Shown: positions 48,836 through 59,614, numbered from the stretch's first letter. The stretch: DNA of 64,000 nt from Deltaproteobacteria bacterium GWC2_65_14 (GCA_001797615.1 MGPV01000029.1:30583-94582); one strand, 5' to 3'. Translations and numbers: made by a program. Notes: generated from the letters alone by a model not told the origin.

Positions 48836-49614
48836 TCCATCCGACGGCGATCATCGATCCGGAGGCGCAGATCGGCGCCGATGTCCTGGTGGGCCCCTAC
48901 GCGGTGATCGGTCCGAAGGTGACGGTCGGGGACGGGTGCTCGATCGGCGGGCATGCCATGATCGAGTCCCACGTGCGGATCGGAAAGGGGACCCGGATCA
49001 GCTCCCACGCTTCCATCGGGGCGCCTCCCCAGGACCTCAAGTTCCGGGGGGAGGACACCTGGGTCGAGATCGGCGAGGGGTGCACCATCCGGGAGTATGT
49101 CACCGTGAATCGGGGGACCTCGCAGGGAGGTGGGGTGACTCGTGTGGGGAAGGGCGTTCTGCTGATGGCCTATTGCCATGTGGCGCACGACTGCCACCTA
49201 TGGGACCGGGTGATCCTGGCCAACGCCGCCACGCTGGGGGGGCATGTCGAGGTGGGAACCGGCGCCATCATCGGCGGGCTCGTCGGGGTCCACCAGTTCG
49301 TCCGGATCGGCACCTACTCGATCGTCGGTGCCCTTTCCGGGGTCCCGCTCGACATCCCTCCCTATGTCACGGCGGTGGTGGCGCGGGGAGGGAAGGGAAC
49401 GGGGCTTTACGGATTGAACCTCATCGGGCTGAAGCGGAACCGCTTCTCCCCGGAAACGATCGCGGCGCTGAAGAAGGCCTACCGGATCCTGTTCCGGTCG
49501 GGGCTGACGGCGAAGGAGGCGCTGGCAAGGGTGGAGGCCGAGTGCGGGCCCTTCCCGGAGACGAGACACCTCGTGGAATTCATCCGTTCCAGCAAGCGCG
49601 GGATCCAGAGATAG
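48832..49614 (+). CDS. lpxA: UDP-N-acetylglucosamine O-acyltransferase
   Basis: MIHPTAIIDPEAQIGADV… hexapeptide repeats. The ATG overlaps the fabZ stop (ATGA). The track ORF is artificially extended 5'. Confidence 0.92.
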   Translation: MIHPTAIIDPEAQIGADVLVGPYAVIGPKVTVGDGCSIGGHAMIESHVRIGKGTRISSHASIGAPPQDLKFRGEDTWVEIGEGCTIREYVTVNRGTSQGGGVTRVGKGVLLMAYCHVAHDCHLWDRVILANAATLGGHVEVGTGAIIGGLVGVHQFVRIGTYSIVGALSGVPLDIPPYVTAVVARGGKGTGLYGLNLIGLKRNRFSPETIAALKKAYRILFRSGLTAKEALARVEAECGPFPETRHLVEFIRSSKRGIQR

Positions 49615-49618
49615 AGGG

Positions 49619-50551
49619 ATGATCCGCACGGGAGTCATCGGCGTCGGGTACCTGGGCCGGCTTCACGCCCAGAAGCTGGCCTCGTTCGACGACACCCGGT
49701 TCATCGGGGTGCACGACTCCGACGCGGATCGTGGAGCGGCGGTCGCCGCGGAGTTCGGCACGGAGTCCTTCGCGGATCCGGGCGAGCTGCTCGGGCGGAT
49801 CGACGCGGTCACCATCGCGGTTCCCACCACCTCCCACTACCGGGTCGCCATGCAGGCGATCCGGGGCGGGGTCCACCTGCTTCTCGAAAAACCGATCGCG
49901 GCGAAGGTGCGGGAGGGACGCGCGCTCGTCCGCGAGGCCGCCTCCCGGAAGCTGGTGTTCCAGATCGGCCACCTCGAACGGTTCAACCGCGCCGTGCGGG
50001 ATGCGGCCGCCCTCCTCAAGGAGCCCCGCTTCATCGAGTGCCACCGGCTGGGGCCGTTCGGCGGGCGGGGGACCGACGTGGACGTCGTGCTCGATCTGAT
50101 GATCCACGATCTGGACCTCATCCTCTCCTTCGTCCGCTCCCCCGTCGCCGGAATCCAGGCGGTCGGCGTTCCGGTGATCTCCTCCGCGATCGACATCGCG
50201 AACGTTCGCCTCTCCTTCGCCAACGGGTGCATCGCGAACGTGACCGCAAGCCGCGTCTCGGCGAAGAAGCAGCGCAAGATCCGCATCTTCCAGGAAGATG
50301 CCTACGTGTCCATGGATTTCGTCGAGCAGTCCATCCAGATCTTCCGGAGGAGCTGGCCGCAGGGGCGAGGCGGGCCCGCGGAGATCTCCGGGGAGCTCCT
50401 CGAGACGGAGAAGGGGGATTCCCTCCGGGAGGAGATCCGCTCTTTCCTCGACTGCGTCCGGACGAAAGACTCGCCCCAGGTCACCGGCGGGGACGGTCTG
50501 GCCGCCCTGGAGCTTGCCTTCCGAATCCTCCGGAAGATGAGGAGCCGTTGA
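49619..50551 (+). CDS. gnnA: Gfo/Idh/MocA family oxidoreductase, GnnA-like (candidate UDP-GlcNAc 3-dehydrogenase)
   Basis: Rossmann N-terminus IGVGYLGRLHAQKL…, 310 aa. The position between lpxA and lpxB is where gnnA lies in Acidithiobacillus ferrooxidans. The functional assignment is inference. Confidence 0.6.
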   Translation: MIRTGVIGVGYLGRLHAQKLASFDDTRFIGVHDSDADRGAAVAAEFGTESFADPGELLGRIDAVTIAVPTTSHYRVAMQAIRGGVHLLLEKPIAAKVREGRALVREAASRKLVFQIGHLERFNRAVRDAAALLKEPRFIECHRLGPFGGRGTDVDVVLDLMIHDLDLILSFVRSPVAGIQAVGVPVISSAIDIANVRLSFANGCIANVTASRVSAKKQRKIRIFQEDAYVSMDFVEQSIQIFRRSWPQGRGGPAEISGELLETEKGDSLREEIRSFLDCVRTKDSPQVTGGDGLAALELAFRILRKMRSR

Positions 50552-51702
50552 CCCGCGCGCGAAAGACGCTGTTCCTCGTCTGCGGGGAGCCGTCCGGAGA
50601 GACCTACGCCGTGCGGGTGGTGCGGGAGTTCCGGAAGCGCTTTCCCGGCGCCCCGGTCGAGGGAATCGGCAGCTCCCGACTGGCCTCCGAGGGGGTCCGC
50701 CTCCTGCTCGATTACCGGGGGATCTCCGTGGTCGGGCTGACCGAGGTGATCCGCCACCTCCCGGCGGTCGTCGGGGCGCTCCGCTCCGCCGTGAGGCGGG
50801 CGACGCGGTCCGACGTGGGGGCGGTGCTCCTGGTCGATTTTCCCGAGTTCAACTTCCGGGTGGGAAAGCGGGCACACCGGGCGGGGATCCCGGTGATCTA
50901 CTACATCCCGCCACAGCTGTGGGCGTGGCGGCCGGGAAGGGCCCGGGAGCTGGCGCAATTCACGAGAGGGATCGTCGTGCCGTTTCCCTTCGAGGAGGAG
51001 ATCCTGAGGAGTGCGGGCGCCAATGTCCGGTTCGCCGGGCACCCGATCCTCTGGGAGCTTTCCCCCTACCTGGACGCCGTCCCGGACCGCGACCGGTTCG
51101 GGATCCCCGAGGGAAGGCGGATCGTCGGACTATTGCCCGGAAGCCGGGACGGGGAGATCACCGCGCACCTCCCCGCGATGCTCGGCGCGGCCCGGATCCT
51201 GTTCCGCCGGCATCCGGACCTCCACTTCGCGGTCCCGCTGGCGGTCCCGGCCCTTCGCGGGAGGATCGAGGCCGGGTTGACGGGGAATTCCCTCCCCATG
51301 ACAATAGTGGAGCGGGACAGGTTCCTGCTGTTCCGCGGGATGGCGGCCGCCCTCTCGGCGTCCGGGACGGCGACCCTGGAACTGGCCCTTCTCGGGGTTC
51401 CGCACGTCATCGTGTACCGCACCTCCGCGGTGACCTACCGGATCGGGAAGCGGCTGGCCAGGGTCTCCCGCATCGGGCTGCCGAACATCGTGGCGAAGGA
51501 AACGGTGGTGCCCGAGCTGATCCAGGGCGAGGCGAATCCCGACGCCATGGCGCGGCAGCTGGGGCCGCTGCTCGCGGACGGGGAGCACAGGGAACGGGTC
51601 GTCCGGAGGCTGCGGTCGCTGCGGGAGGCGCTCTCGGGCCCGGGGCCGTCGGAAGCGGTCGTCGACATGCTTGCGGAGGCGGCGGGGGACGCATGGGAAT
51701 GA
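50548..51702 (+). CDS. lpxB: Lipid-A-disaccharide synthase
   Basis: The TTG start overlaps the upstream stop (TTGA). The protein reads …KTLFLVCGEPSGETYAV… and is ~384 aa. The track ORF is extended 5'. Confidence 0.88.
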   Translation: MTRARKTLFLVCGEPSGETYAVRVVREFRKRFPGAPVEGIGSSRLASEGVRLLLDYRGISVVGLTEVIRHLPAVVGALRSAVRRATRSDVGAVLLVDFPEFNFRVGKRAHRAGIPVIYYIPPQLWAWRPGRARELAQFTRGIVVPFPFEEEILRSAGANVRFAGHPILWELSPYLDAVPDRDRFGIPEGRRIVGLLPGSRDGEITAHLPAMLGAARILFRRHPDLHFAVPLAVPALRGRIEAGLTGNSLPMTIVERDRFLLFRGMAAALSASGTATLELALLGVPHVIVYRTSAVTYRIGKRLARVSRIGLPNIVAKETVVPELIQGEANPDAMARQLGPLLADGEHRERVVRRLRSLREALSGPGPSEAVVDMLAEAAGDAWE

Positions 51703-53459
51703 AAATCTACAGGCGGATGCTCGCGTACGTCCGGCCCTACCTGTCGCGCCTCTTCCTCGCGATGTTCTTCATGATCTTCGTCTCGGCCTTCCACGGCGCC
51801 GTCGCCTTCCTGGTGAAACCGGCGCTGGACGATATCTTCATCAACAAGGACGCCACCCGGCTCGCGATCATCCCGGCGCTGGTCCTGGCCGTCTACCTGC
51901 TCAAGGGAGTCTTCGAGTTCGCCCAGAGCTACCTGATGAACGGGGTCGGGCAGCGGGTGATCCGCGACATCCGGGACCATCTCTACCGGCACATGCAGTC
52001 GCTTTCCCTCGCCTTCTACATGCGGCATCCCACCGGCGTCCTGATGTCCCGCGTGACGAACGACGTCGGGCTCATGCAGGGGGCGGTCACGAACGCGGTC
52101 ACGGGGCTGATCAAGGACACATTCTCCGCCGTCTTTCTCGTCGGGGTGGTGTTCTACCGGGACTGGAAGCTCGCGCTGGTGGCGTTGGTCGCCTTTCCGC
52201 TCGCCTTCTGGCCGATCGCCCGGTTCGGGAGGAAGCTCCGCAAGACGAGCATCCGCACCCAGGAGGTGACCGGGGGACTGGCCTCCCACCTGCAGGAGAC
52301 GATCAGCGGGGCGAAGCTGGTGAAGGCCTTCGGGGCGGAGGAGTTCGAGGTCGACCGGTTCGCCACCCGGAACGCCGACCTCTACCGGCTGAGCATGAAG
52401 GTGGTGAAGGTCCAATCGCTCACCTCCCCCCTCTCGGAGATGTTCGCCGGGATCGGAGCGGCCGCCGTGATCTTCTACGGCGGATACAGCGTAGTGAACG
52501 GTCAGAGCACCCCCGGGAACTTCTTCTCCTTCATGACGGCCCTCTTCATGCTCTACGAGCCGGTCAAGCGGCTCTCCGGGGTGAACAACCTGATTCAGCA
52601 GGGGATCGCCGCGGCTACCCGGGTCTTCGAGGTCCTCGACACCCTTCCCGACGTGCGGGAGAAGAGCGACGCGGTCGAACTGGCGGGCGTCCGCCGGGAG
52701 ATCGCCTTCGAGCAGGTCGACTTCCGCTATTCGGAGGGCGGGCTTCCCATCCTGAAGGAGATCAGCTTCCGGACGGAGGTGGGAAGGACGGTGGCGATCG
52801 TGGGGTCGACCGGAGCCGGCAAGACGACGCTCGTCGACCTGCTTCCCCGGTTCTACGACCCGGCGCACGGGGCGGTCCGGATCGACGGGATCGACCTGCG
52901 GGACATGAGGCTGTCCTCGCTGCGGTCGAAGATCGGGATCGTCGGCCAGCACACGATCCTGTTCAACGACACGATCCGGAACAACATCGCCTACGGGACC
53001 CCCGGCGCGTCCCAGGAGAAGATCGAGGAAGCCGCCCGGAGGGCGAACGCCCACCCCTTCATCTCCAGGTTCCAGGAGGGATACGACACGGTCGTCGGGG
53101 AGCAGGGGTTCAAGCTTTCCGGAGGGGAGCGTCAGCGGGTGGCGATCGCGCGGGCGCTCCTGAAGGACGCCCCCATCCTGATCCTGGACGAGGCCACTTC
53201 GGCGCTGGACACCGAGTCGGAAGGGGTCGTGCAGGAGGCGCTCGAGATGCTGATGCGGGGCCGCACGACCTTCGTGATCGCCCACCGCCTCTCGACGGTC
53301 CGGAACGCGGACGTCATTCTCGTGATCGAGGACGGGAGAATCCTGGAGCAGGGGAACCACCAGGAGCTTCTCTCGCGGGAAAGCCGGTACCGCTCGTTTT
53401 ATCTCAAGCAGTTCGAGGAGAGGAGGTCCGGTGCGGAAGCCGGCCGCGGTCCCGCCTGA
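51693..53459 (+). CDS. msbA: Lipid A export ABC transporter MsbA
   Basis: Six-TM domain plus NBD (GSTGAGKTT, LSGGERQRVAIARAL). Start ATG 51693. The track ORF is fused upstream. Confidence 0.9.
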   Translation: MGMKIYRRMLAYVRPYLSRLFLAMFFMIFVSAFHGAVAFLVKPALDDIFINKDATRLAIIPALVLAVYLLKGVFEFAQSYLMNGVGQRVIRDIRDHLYRHMQSLSLAFYMRHPTGVLMSRVTNDVGLMQGAVTNAVTGLIKDTFSAVFLVGVVFYRDWKLALVALVAFPLAFWPIARFGRKLRKTSIRTQEVTGGLASHLQETISGAKLVKAFGAEEFEVDRFATRNADLYRLSMKVVKVQSLTSPLSEMFAGIGAAAVIFYGGYSVVNGQSTPGNFFSFMTALFMLYEPVKRLSGVNNLIQQGIAAATRVFEVLDTLPDVREKSDAVELAGVRREIAFEQVDFRYSEGGLPILKEISFRTEVGRTVAIVGSTGAGKTTLVDLLPRFYDPAHGAVRIDGIDLRDMRLSSLRSKIGIVGQHTILFNDTIRNNIAYGTPGASQEKIEEAARRANAHPFISRFQEGYDTVVGEQGFKLSGGERQRVAIARALLKDAPILILDEATSALDTESEGVVQEALEMLMRGRTTFVIAHRLSTVRNADVILVIEDGRILEQGNHQELLSRESRYRSFYLKQFEERRSGAEAGRGPA

Positions 53460-54798
53460 GGGGAAGCGCGGACGGTTCATCCCCTGGAGCCGGGCGCATT
53501 TCTCGTACAACCTCGGGCTGCGAATCGCCCTCCTGTTGTCGGCGCCCGCATGGATCCCGTGGGTTCTCCTCTCCCGGAAGCGCAGGAAGAATTTCCCGGA
53601 CCGGCTCGGACTCCGGCTCGAACGGATTCCGCCGCCGGCCGGTCGGGAGCGGATCTGGGTCCATGCCGTTTCCGTGGGGGAGACCCTGTCGGCCGTTCCC
53701 CTGCTCCGCGGACTGCGGGAACGCCTTCCGGAGACGGAGATCCTCTTTTCCACCGTCACCCTCACCGGGCAGGAGGTCGCGGAAAAGGCGCTCGGCGGGA
53801 TGACCGACCGGATTTTCTACTTTCCGTTCGACCTGCCGGGGATCTGCGGGAGGTTTCTGGACCGGGTTCGCCCGGACCTGGTCGCGATCCTCGAAACGGA
53901 GATCTGGCCCAACTTCCTCGCGGAGTGCGCGCGGAGGCGGATCCCGGTCGTCCTGCTCAACGGCAGGGTTTCAAAGCGCTCCCTGCGGGGGTATGGGCGG
54001 TTCCGCTCCCTGATGTCCGATGTCCTGTCCTGCATCACCGCGATTTCCGTGCAGACCGAGGAGGATGCGGTCCGCTTGCGGTCGCTCGGGGCCGATCCGG
54101 ACAGGGTGTGGGCCACCGGGAACATGAAGTTCGACCTCTCCCTTCCCCCGCAGGGCGATACCCCCTTTTCCCGCCTGCTCCTCGGGGAAAAGGCGAACGG
54201 TGCCTGCTGGATCGTGGCGGGCTCCACGCACGAAGGGGAGGAGGAGGCGGTGCTGCGGGCATTCGGGAGCGCCCGGAAGGAGAACGGATCGATCCGTCTG
54301 CTGCTCGCCCCCCGTCATCCCGGGAGATTCGGCGCGGTCGAGGAGCTGTGCAGACGGTCCGGGTGGCCGGTGGTCCGGAGAACGAGCATCTCCGGGGACG
54401 GCGGGATCCCCGATGCGCCGGTGGTCCTGATGGACTCGGTCGGGGAGCTCTCGGCGGCCTATGCCGCCGCGGACATCGCCTTCGTGGGGGGCAGCCTCGT
54501 CCCGAAGGGGGGGCACAACATCCTCGAGCCCGCCCTCTTCGGCGTTCCCACGATCGTGGGGCCGCACATGGAGAACTTCCGCGAGATCGCCTCGATCTTC
54601 ACGCGGGGAAACGCCGTGATCACCGTGCGGAACGGGGAGGAGCTTGCCGGAAAGCTCGCGGAATGGGCCGCCGACCCGGCGAAGGCGAGGGCGACGGGGG
54701 ATAGGGCAAAGGCGCTTCTGGGCTCCTTCCGGGGGGCCACCGGGAAGAACGTGGAGATCGTGGCGCGGGAACTGGCCCGTCGAAAGGACGCTCCGTGA
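53431..54798 (+). CDS. waaA: 3-deoxy-D-manno-octulosonic acid transferase
   Basis: 455 aa with a glycosyltransferase N-terminal region (WVHAVSVGE…). It follows msbA. Confidence 0.88.
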   Translation: MRKPAAVPPEGKRGRFIPWSRAHFSYNLGLRIALLLSAPAWIPWVLLSRKRRKNFPDRLGLRLERIPPPAGRERIWVHAVSVGETLSAVPLLRGLRERLPETEILFSTVTLTGQEVAEKALGGMTDRIFYFPFDLPGICGRFLDRVRPDLVAILETEIWPNFLAECARRRIPVVLLNGRVSKRSLRGYGRFRSLMSDVLSCITAISVQTEEDAVRLRSLGADPDRVWATGNMKFDLSLPPQGDTPFSRLLLGEKANGACWIVAGSTHEGEEEAVLRAFGSARKENGSIRLLLAPRHPGRFGAVEELCRRSGWPVVRRTSISGDGGIPDAPVVLMDSVGELSAAYAAADIAFVGGSLVPKGGHNILEPALFGVPTIVGPHMENFREIASIFTRGNAVITVRNGEELAGKLAEWAADPAKARATGDRAKALLGSFRGATGKNVEIVARELARRKDAP

Positions 54799-55784
54799 TC
54801 GGACTCTACGCGCGCGCACGGCGAATGCTCCACCGGTCGGGGGTTTTCCGCGCGAAGCGTCTCCCCAGGCCGGTGATCAGCGTCGGGAACCTCTCCGTCG
54901 GGGGGTCCGGGAAGACCCCCCATGTGCTCTTTCTCGCGAAATGGCTCGCGGGTCTCGGCCTGCGGGTGGCGGTCCTGAGCCGCGGGTATCGGCGAAAGAG
55001 CCGCGGGGTCGTGTGGGTCTCGGACGGCGAGGGTGCGCAGGCATCGGCCGGGGAAGCCGGGGACGAGCCGGCGCTTCTGGCCGCGTCCCTTCCGGGAACG
55101 GCGGTGATCGTCGGGGAATCGCGCTATGAAGCGGGGATGGAATGCCTTCGGAAGCGCGACGCGGACGTCTTTGTGCTCGACGACGGGTTTTCGCATCTCT
55201 CCCTGGAGCGGGATGTCGACATCCTCCTCGTCGACGGGACGATGGGACTGGGGAACGGGAGGACCCTGCCGTTCGGCCCCCTGCGGGAACCCCCGGGGCA
55301 CGCGAGGTTTGCGGACGCCCTCGTGGTCACCCGGTGTGACAGCCCGGACCTCAAGGAACGGGTCCTGTCCGGTCTCCCCTTTCCCGCGGACAGACCGGCG
55401 GCCGCAAGCCGGATGGTGCCCGGGGCGCTGGTCGGAAGAGACGGCGCAGAGGTCCCGGTCCCGGTTGAGGGGGAGGATGTGGCCGCGTTTTCCGGGATCG
55501 CCCGGAACGAGCGGTTCGAAGAGACCCTGAAGACGGCCGGATTCCGCGTGAAGGTCTTCCTTAGATTCGGAGATCATCACTGGTACACACCCCGCGACCT
55601 CGAGCGGATCCGGGCGGAAGCGGGGGGGCTGCCGGTCCTGACCACCGAGAAGGATCTGGTCCGGATTCCGGGACAGGTTCCGTTTCCGGTCCGGGCTCTT
55701 CGGATCGGTGTGGAATTCGTTTCGGGGTGGGAGGATCTCTCGCGCCTCGTACTGGATCGGATCGGGAGGAGTCGGACGGAATGA
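54795..55784 (+). CDS. lpxK: Tetraacyldisaccharide 4'-kinase
   Basis: P-loop VGNLSVGGSGKTP. Confidence 0.9.
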   Translation: MIGLYARARRMLHRSGVFRAKRLPRPVISVGNLSVGGSGKTPHVLFLAKWLAGLGLRVAVLSRGYRRKSRGVVWVSDGEGAQASAGEAGDEPALLAASLPGTAVIVGESRYEAGMECLRKRDADVFVLDDGFSHLSLERDVDILLVDGTMGLGNGRTLPFGPLREPPGHARFADALVVTRCDSPDLKERVLSGLPFPADRPAAASRMVPGALVGRDGAEVPVPVEGEDVAAFSGIARNERFEETLKTAGFRVKVFLRFGDHHWYTPRDLERIRAEAGGLPVLTTEKDLVRIPGQVPFPVRALRIGVEFVSGWEDLSRLVLDRIGRSRTE

Positions 55785-56686
55785 GAGAGCGGTTCTACCG
55801 GGCGGCGTTTCGGGTCCTGGAGGCGATTCCCCTGACGATCCGGGCGGTGCTCTTCGAATGCATCATGATGTGCTTCTGGGCGCTGGATGCCAGGCATCGC
55901 CGGATCGCGCGGATCAACCTGCGGATCGCCTTCCCGGAGATGGGGGAGCGGGAGAAGTCGCGGATCATCGTTCTCTGCTACAAGCGGATGGGAACGATGG
56001 CCGCCGAGTTCGTCCACATTCCCCGGATCGACCGGGCATATCTGGAGAAGCATGTCCGGATCGAGGGGGCCGAGCATCTCCCCGCGGCCGCGGAAGAGCG
56101 GGGACTTGGCGCGCTGCTCCTGACCGGCCACTTCGGGAACTGGGAGCTCGCCTGTCATACGTTCGGATTGGCCGTCGCCCCGGTGGCGTTCATCGCCCGC
56201 CCCCTGAAGGACCGGATCCTGGACCGGATCGTGACCGAGCGGCGGGAGCGGAGCGGGAACCGGGCGATCGTGAAATTCGACTCCGCGAAGGAAGTGATGC
56301 GGACGGTCCGCGGGAAGACTTCGGTGGGGATACTGATCGACCAGAACGTCGACACCCACAAGGGAGTCCTCGTCGATCTGTTCACGAAGAAGGCCTACAC
56401 GACCGACGGGATCGCACGGCTCGCCCTTGCCCTGCGGACCCGGATCCATTCCGTGTTCCTGGTTCGCGACCCCGCGAGGAAATTCCACCATATCCTGCGG
56501 ATCGGGCCCGCCCTTCCGGCCGACCCCGGGGCCCCGAGGGAGGAGGAGGTTCTCCGCCTCACCCGGAGGTGCAACGAGGAACTGGAGAAGGCGATCCGGC
56601 GGGATCCCGCGCAATGGTTCTGGCTGCACCGCCGCTGGAAGACGCGGCCGCCGGGCGAGCCGAAGCTGTACGGGGAATCGGGATGA
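55781..56686 (+). CDS. lpxL: Lipid A biosynthesis late acyltransferase (LpxL/HtrB family)
   Basis: LPLAT motif TGHFGNWEL. The ATG overlaps the lpxK stop (ATGA). Confidence 0.8.
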   Translation: MRERFYRAAFRVLEAIPLTIRAVLFECIMMCFWALDARHRRIARINLRIAFPEMGEREKSRIIVLCYKRMGTMAAEFVHIPRIDRAYLEKHVRIEGAEHLPAAAEERGLGALLLTGHFGNWELACHTFGLAVAPVAFIARPLKDRILDRIVTERRERSGNRAIVKFDSAKEVMRTVRGKTSVGILIDQNVDTHKGVLVDLFTKKAYTTDGIARLALALRTRIHSVFLVRDPARKFHHILRIGPALPADPGAPREEEVLRLTRRCNEELEKAIRRDPAQWFWLHRRWKTRPPGEPKLYGESG

Positions 56687-57261
56687 AGGGAATCGTCTTC
56701 CTGGACCGGGACGGCACGCTGATCGAGGAGGTCGGGTACCTGGCCGACCCCGCGAGACTGCGGGAAATCCCCGGCGCCTCGGATGCGGTGAAACGGCTCT
56801 CCCGGGCGGGATATGCCGCCGCGGTGGTGTCCAACCAGGCGGGGCTCGCGAAGGGAAAGTTCGGGGAGGAGGAGTTCGAGGCGGTGCACCGCGCGTTCCT
56901 GGAGTTGTTCGCGGCGAACGGGGCGCGCTTCGACGCGGTGGAGTATTGCCCGCACCACGCGGACGGAATGGTGGCCCGGTACCGCGCATCCTGCGCCTGC
57001 AGGAAACCGGGGACCGCCATGGCGGACAGGATCCTGCTCCGGCTCGGCCTGCCGCCCTCGTGTACCCGCTTCGCGGTCGGTGATAAAATGAGCGACATGA
57101 TCATGGGAAAGCGGCTCGGCGCCAGGACGATCCTCGTGGCCACCGGATACGGGGAGGAGGAACGAAACGCCGGGGAGCGGGACGGGACCCGTCCGGATGT
57201 CTACGTTCCGGGGATCCGGGAGGCCGTGGACTGGATTCTCGGTCAGGGGGGTGAAGGGTGA
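56683..57261 (+). CDS. gmhB: D-glycero-D-manno-heptose 1,7-bisphosphate phosphatase (HAD family)
   Basis: FLDRDGTLIEE HAD motif I; zinc Cys cluster CPHH…C…C. Confidence 0.85.
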   Translation: MKGIVFLDRDGTLIEEVGYLADPARLREIPGASDAVKRLSRAGYAAAVVSNQAGLAKGKFGEEEFEAVHRAFLELFAANGARFDAVEYCPHHADGMVARYRASCACRKPGTAMADRILLRLGLPPSCTRFAVGDKMSDMIMGKRLGARTILVATGYGEEERNAGERDGTRPDVYVPGIREAVDWILGQGGEG

Positions 57262-58388
57262 GGGATCTTCGCCTCTCTTTCCTTCCGGTCCTCCTGATCG
57301 GAGCCCTTTTCCTCTGGGGACCGGGATGCTTCCGGTCCGCCTACAGGCCGCCGGAGGCGGCTCCCCGGGAGGACGCGCAAAGGACCGCGGAAGCTCCCGT
57401 GCCGGAATCTCCTCCCGAGATGGAAGAGGCGGGGCAGATCCCCCGGCCGGTGCCCGGGCCGGTCGCGGATGGACCGGAAGTTCCGGGGGAGGAGATCCCC
57501 GCCGGGGACGCGGTGGGGTCCTCGCGGATTCCGTCGGAGGTTGCGCCGGAAGAACATGCCGCGGGTCCTGCCCCCGGCAGCGGGACGGAGGCGTCGAGGA
57601 GGGACCCCGTCCATCCGCCACCGCCGGCGGGAAAGACGCAGGGGACCCGGGAGGAGGGGACCCCGGCGCCCGTTTCCACCGAGCGGTACCTGGCTTCGCC
57701 GGAAGGGCCCCCGTGGGTGAAAGAAAGGGAGGAGCTGGTATACCGGGTGGAGTTCCTGGGGCTCACGATGGGGTATGCCCGGTTCTCCCTCCGCGGGAAG
57801 ATGCTGCTGGAGGGGAAGGAGGTCTACCACCTGAGCGTGAGGGCCTGGACCTCGGACCTTCTGTCCATGGTCTACCCGATGAACGACACGATCGAGTACT
57901 ACCTGGACGTGGAGACTCTCGCTCCGGTCCGGCAGGAGCACACCAAGAGCCGGAAGCAGGACGACATCGCCTATTTCGACCAGGATGCGGGGACGATCGT
58001 CTACCGGTACAAGGAAACGGGAAAGGTGCGGAAACGGGTGGAAGCGCTCCCCCTGGTCTACGACCCCGTGTCGGTGGCCTACTATTTCCGGTCGAGGCCC
58101 CTGGCGGAGGAGGAGCCGTCCCGCCACATGTACGCGGGCAGGAAACTCTGGGAGGTCTCGGCGAAGCCGGTGGGGTACGAAAGGATCCGGACAGACCGGG
58201 GAGAATTCGACACGGTGATGATCCGTCCGGTCCTCCGGAGGAACGGGAACCTCGAGGACAAGGGCGATCTCCGCATCTGGATGACGCGGGACGAGCGGCA
58301 TCTCCCCGTCCGCGTCTATGCCAAGTTCAAGAAAATCCGGATCTGGACGCTGCTGGGAGAGCTGCTCCCGGACCGGCAGGGAGGTTGA
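57258..58388 (+). CDS. DUF3108 domain protein (lipoprotein-like, Pro/Glu-rich linker)
   Basis: N-terminal signal ending …GPGC, a low-complexity linker, and a C-terminal ~230-aa domain that I recognise as DUF3108-like. Confidence 0.6.
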   Translation: MRDLRLSFLPVLLIGALFLWGPGCFRSAYRPPEAAPREDAQRTAEAPVPESPPEMEEAGQIPRPVPGPVADGPEVPGEEIPAGDAVGSSRIPSEVAPEEHAAGPAPGSGTEASRRDPVHPPPPAGKTQGTREEGTPAPVSTERYLASPEGPPWVKEREELVYRVEFLGLTMGYARFSLRGKMLLEGKEVYHLSVRAWTSDLLSMVYPMNDTIEYYLDVETLAPVRQEHTKSRKQDDIAYFDQDAGTIVYRYKETGKVRKRVEALPLVYDPVSVAYYFRSRPLAEEEPSRHMYAGRKLWEVSAKPVGYERIRTDRGEFDTVMIRPVLRRNGNLEDKGDLRIWMTRDERHLPVRVYAKFKKIRIWTLLGELLPDRQGG

Positions 58389-58389
58389 C

Positions 58390-58554
58390 ATGGACCAGGA
58401 ACTTCTCGAGATCGTGGCCTGCCCGAAGTGCAAGGGATCGCTCCTGCTGACCGCGGACGAAACCGAGCTGCGGTGCGAGCTGTGCAGGCTCATCTACCGG
58501 ATCGACGACGGGATCCCGATTCTCCTGCTGGAGGAGGCTTCCCCGTATGAGTGA
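58390..58554 (+). CDS. Trm112-family small zinc-finger protein
   Basis: [20 protein letters not shown]…[20 protein letters not shown]. The track ORF is extended 5' into the preceding gene. Confidence 0.8.
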   Translation: MDQELLEIVACPKCKGSLLLTADETELRCELCRLIYRIDDGIPILLLEEASPYE

Positions 58555-59614
58555 TCCGGGGTTTTTCGGGAGAGCCTTTGCCCTGATCGATCGCTTACCG
58601 TCCTGCCGGATCCTGGTGATCGGGGATATCATGCTGGACGAGTATGTCTGGGGAAGCGTCCGGAGGATCTCCCCCGAGGCGCCGGTTCCCGTCGTCGCCG
58701 TTTCGCGGGAGACGAAGTCGGTCGGCGGCGCGGCGAATGTCGCGCTGAACATCGCCGGTCTGCGCGCCGGGGTCGAGGTCGCCGGCCTGGTGGGGAACGA
58801 CCCCCCGGGCAGGGAGGTCGCCCGGCTCCTCCGGAAGAGCCGGATCGGGCTGTCCGGCCTCATCCGCGACGGAAAGCGCCCGACGACCGTGAAGACCCGC
58901 GTCATCGCGCACAACCAGCAGGTGGTCCGGGTCGATCGGGAGGGAAGCGAATCGCCGTCGGACGGAGCGAGGAGCGCGCTGCATGCGGCCGTCCGGAAGA
59001 GGGTTCGGGACTGCGACGGGATCGTGCTCTCGGACTACCGGAAAGGAGCGCTCTCCCGGGAGCTCGTGGCGGAAGTCGTGGAAACGGCACGGCGGCGTGG
59101 GATCTTCGTCGCGGTGGACCCGAAGCAGCCCGATTTCTCCTATTACCGGGGATGCACGATGATCACCCCGAACCGGTCGGAAGCGGAGGCCGCGCTAGGA
59201 GGAAAGGAGCTCCCGGGCGACCTGGAGCTCGGGGAAGGGGGAAAGGCGCTGTTGCGCTGCTGCGGGGCGAAGGCGGTCCTGATCACCCGGGGGGAGCAGG
59301 GGATGACCCTCGTCGAGCGAGGGAGCCGGACGGTTTTCCACATCCCCGCGAACGCGCGGCAGGTCTACGACGTGACGGGGGCCGGCGACACGGTGATCGG
59401 GACCTTTGCCGCGGGAGTGGGGGCGGGTGCCTCGATCCGGGACGCGGCCCTGCTGGCGAACGTGGCGGCGGGCGTGGTCGTGGGAGAGGTCGGGACGGTG
59501 CAGATCACGGCGGAGAAACTGGTTCGGGCTCTCCAGGCCCGGGAGCGGGAGCGCGACGCGGCCCTGGAGCGGCCGGCGGGGCGCGCCGGACGGCGGACGA
59601 CTCCACCCCGATGA
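58547..59614 (+). CDS. hldE: D-glycero-beta-D-manno-heptose-7-phosphate kinase (RfaE/HldE domain I only)
   Basis: pfkB-family ribokinase fold with DVTGAGDT motif. There is no C-terminal adenylyltransferase domain. Confidence 0.85.
   Translation: MSDPGFFGRAFALIDRLPSCRILVIGDIMLDEYVWGSVRRISPEAPVPVVAVSRETKSVGGAANVALNIAGLRAGVEVAGLVGNDPPGREVARLLRKSRIGLSGLIRDGKRPTTVKTRVIAHNQQVVRVDREGSESPSDGARSALHAAVRKRVRDCDGIVLSDYRKGALSRELVAEVVETARRRGIFVAVDPKQPDFSYYRGCTMITPNRSEAEAALGGKELPGDLELGEGGKALLRCCGAKAVLITRGEQGMTLVERGSRTVFHIPANARQVYDVTGAGDTVIGTFAAGVGAGASIRDAALLANVAAGVVVGEVGTVQITAEKLVRALQARERERDAALERPAGRAGRRTTPPR

Noticed and set aside
50919-53459. Very long track ORFs that fuse neighbouring genes (50919-53459, 55708-57261, 59152-60144, 26852-27757, 48451-49614, 37768-38352, 38187-39956)
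   Set aside because: They are 5' extensions produced by absent stop codons. The real genes start at internal ATG/GTG/TTG codons that overlap the upstream stop (ATGA/TTGA/TGATG coupling).
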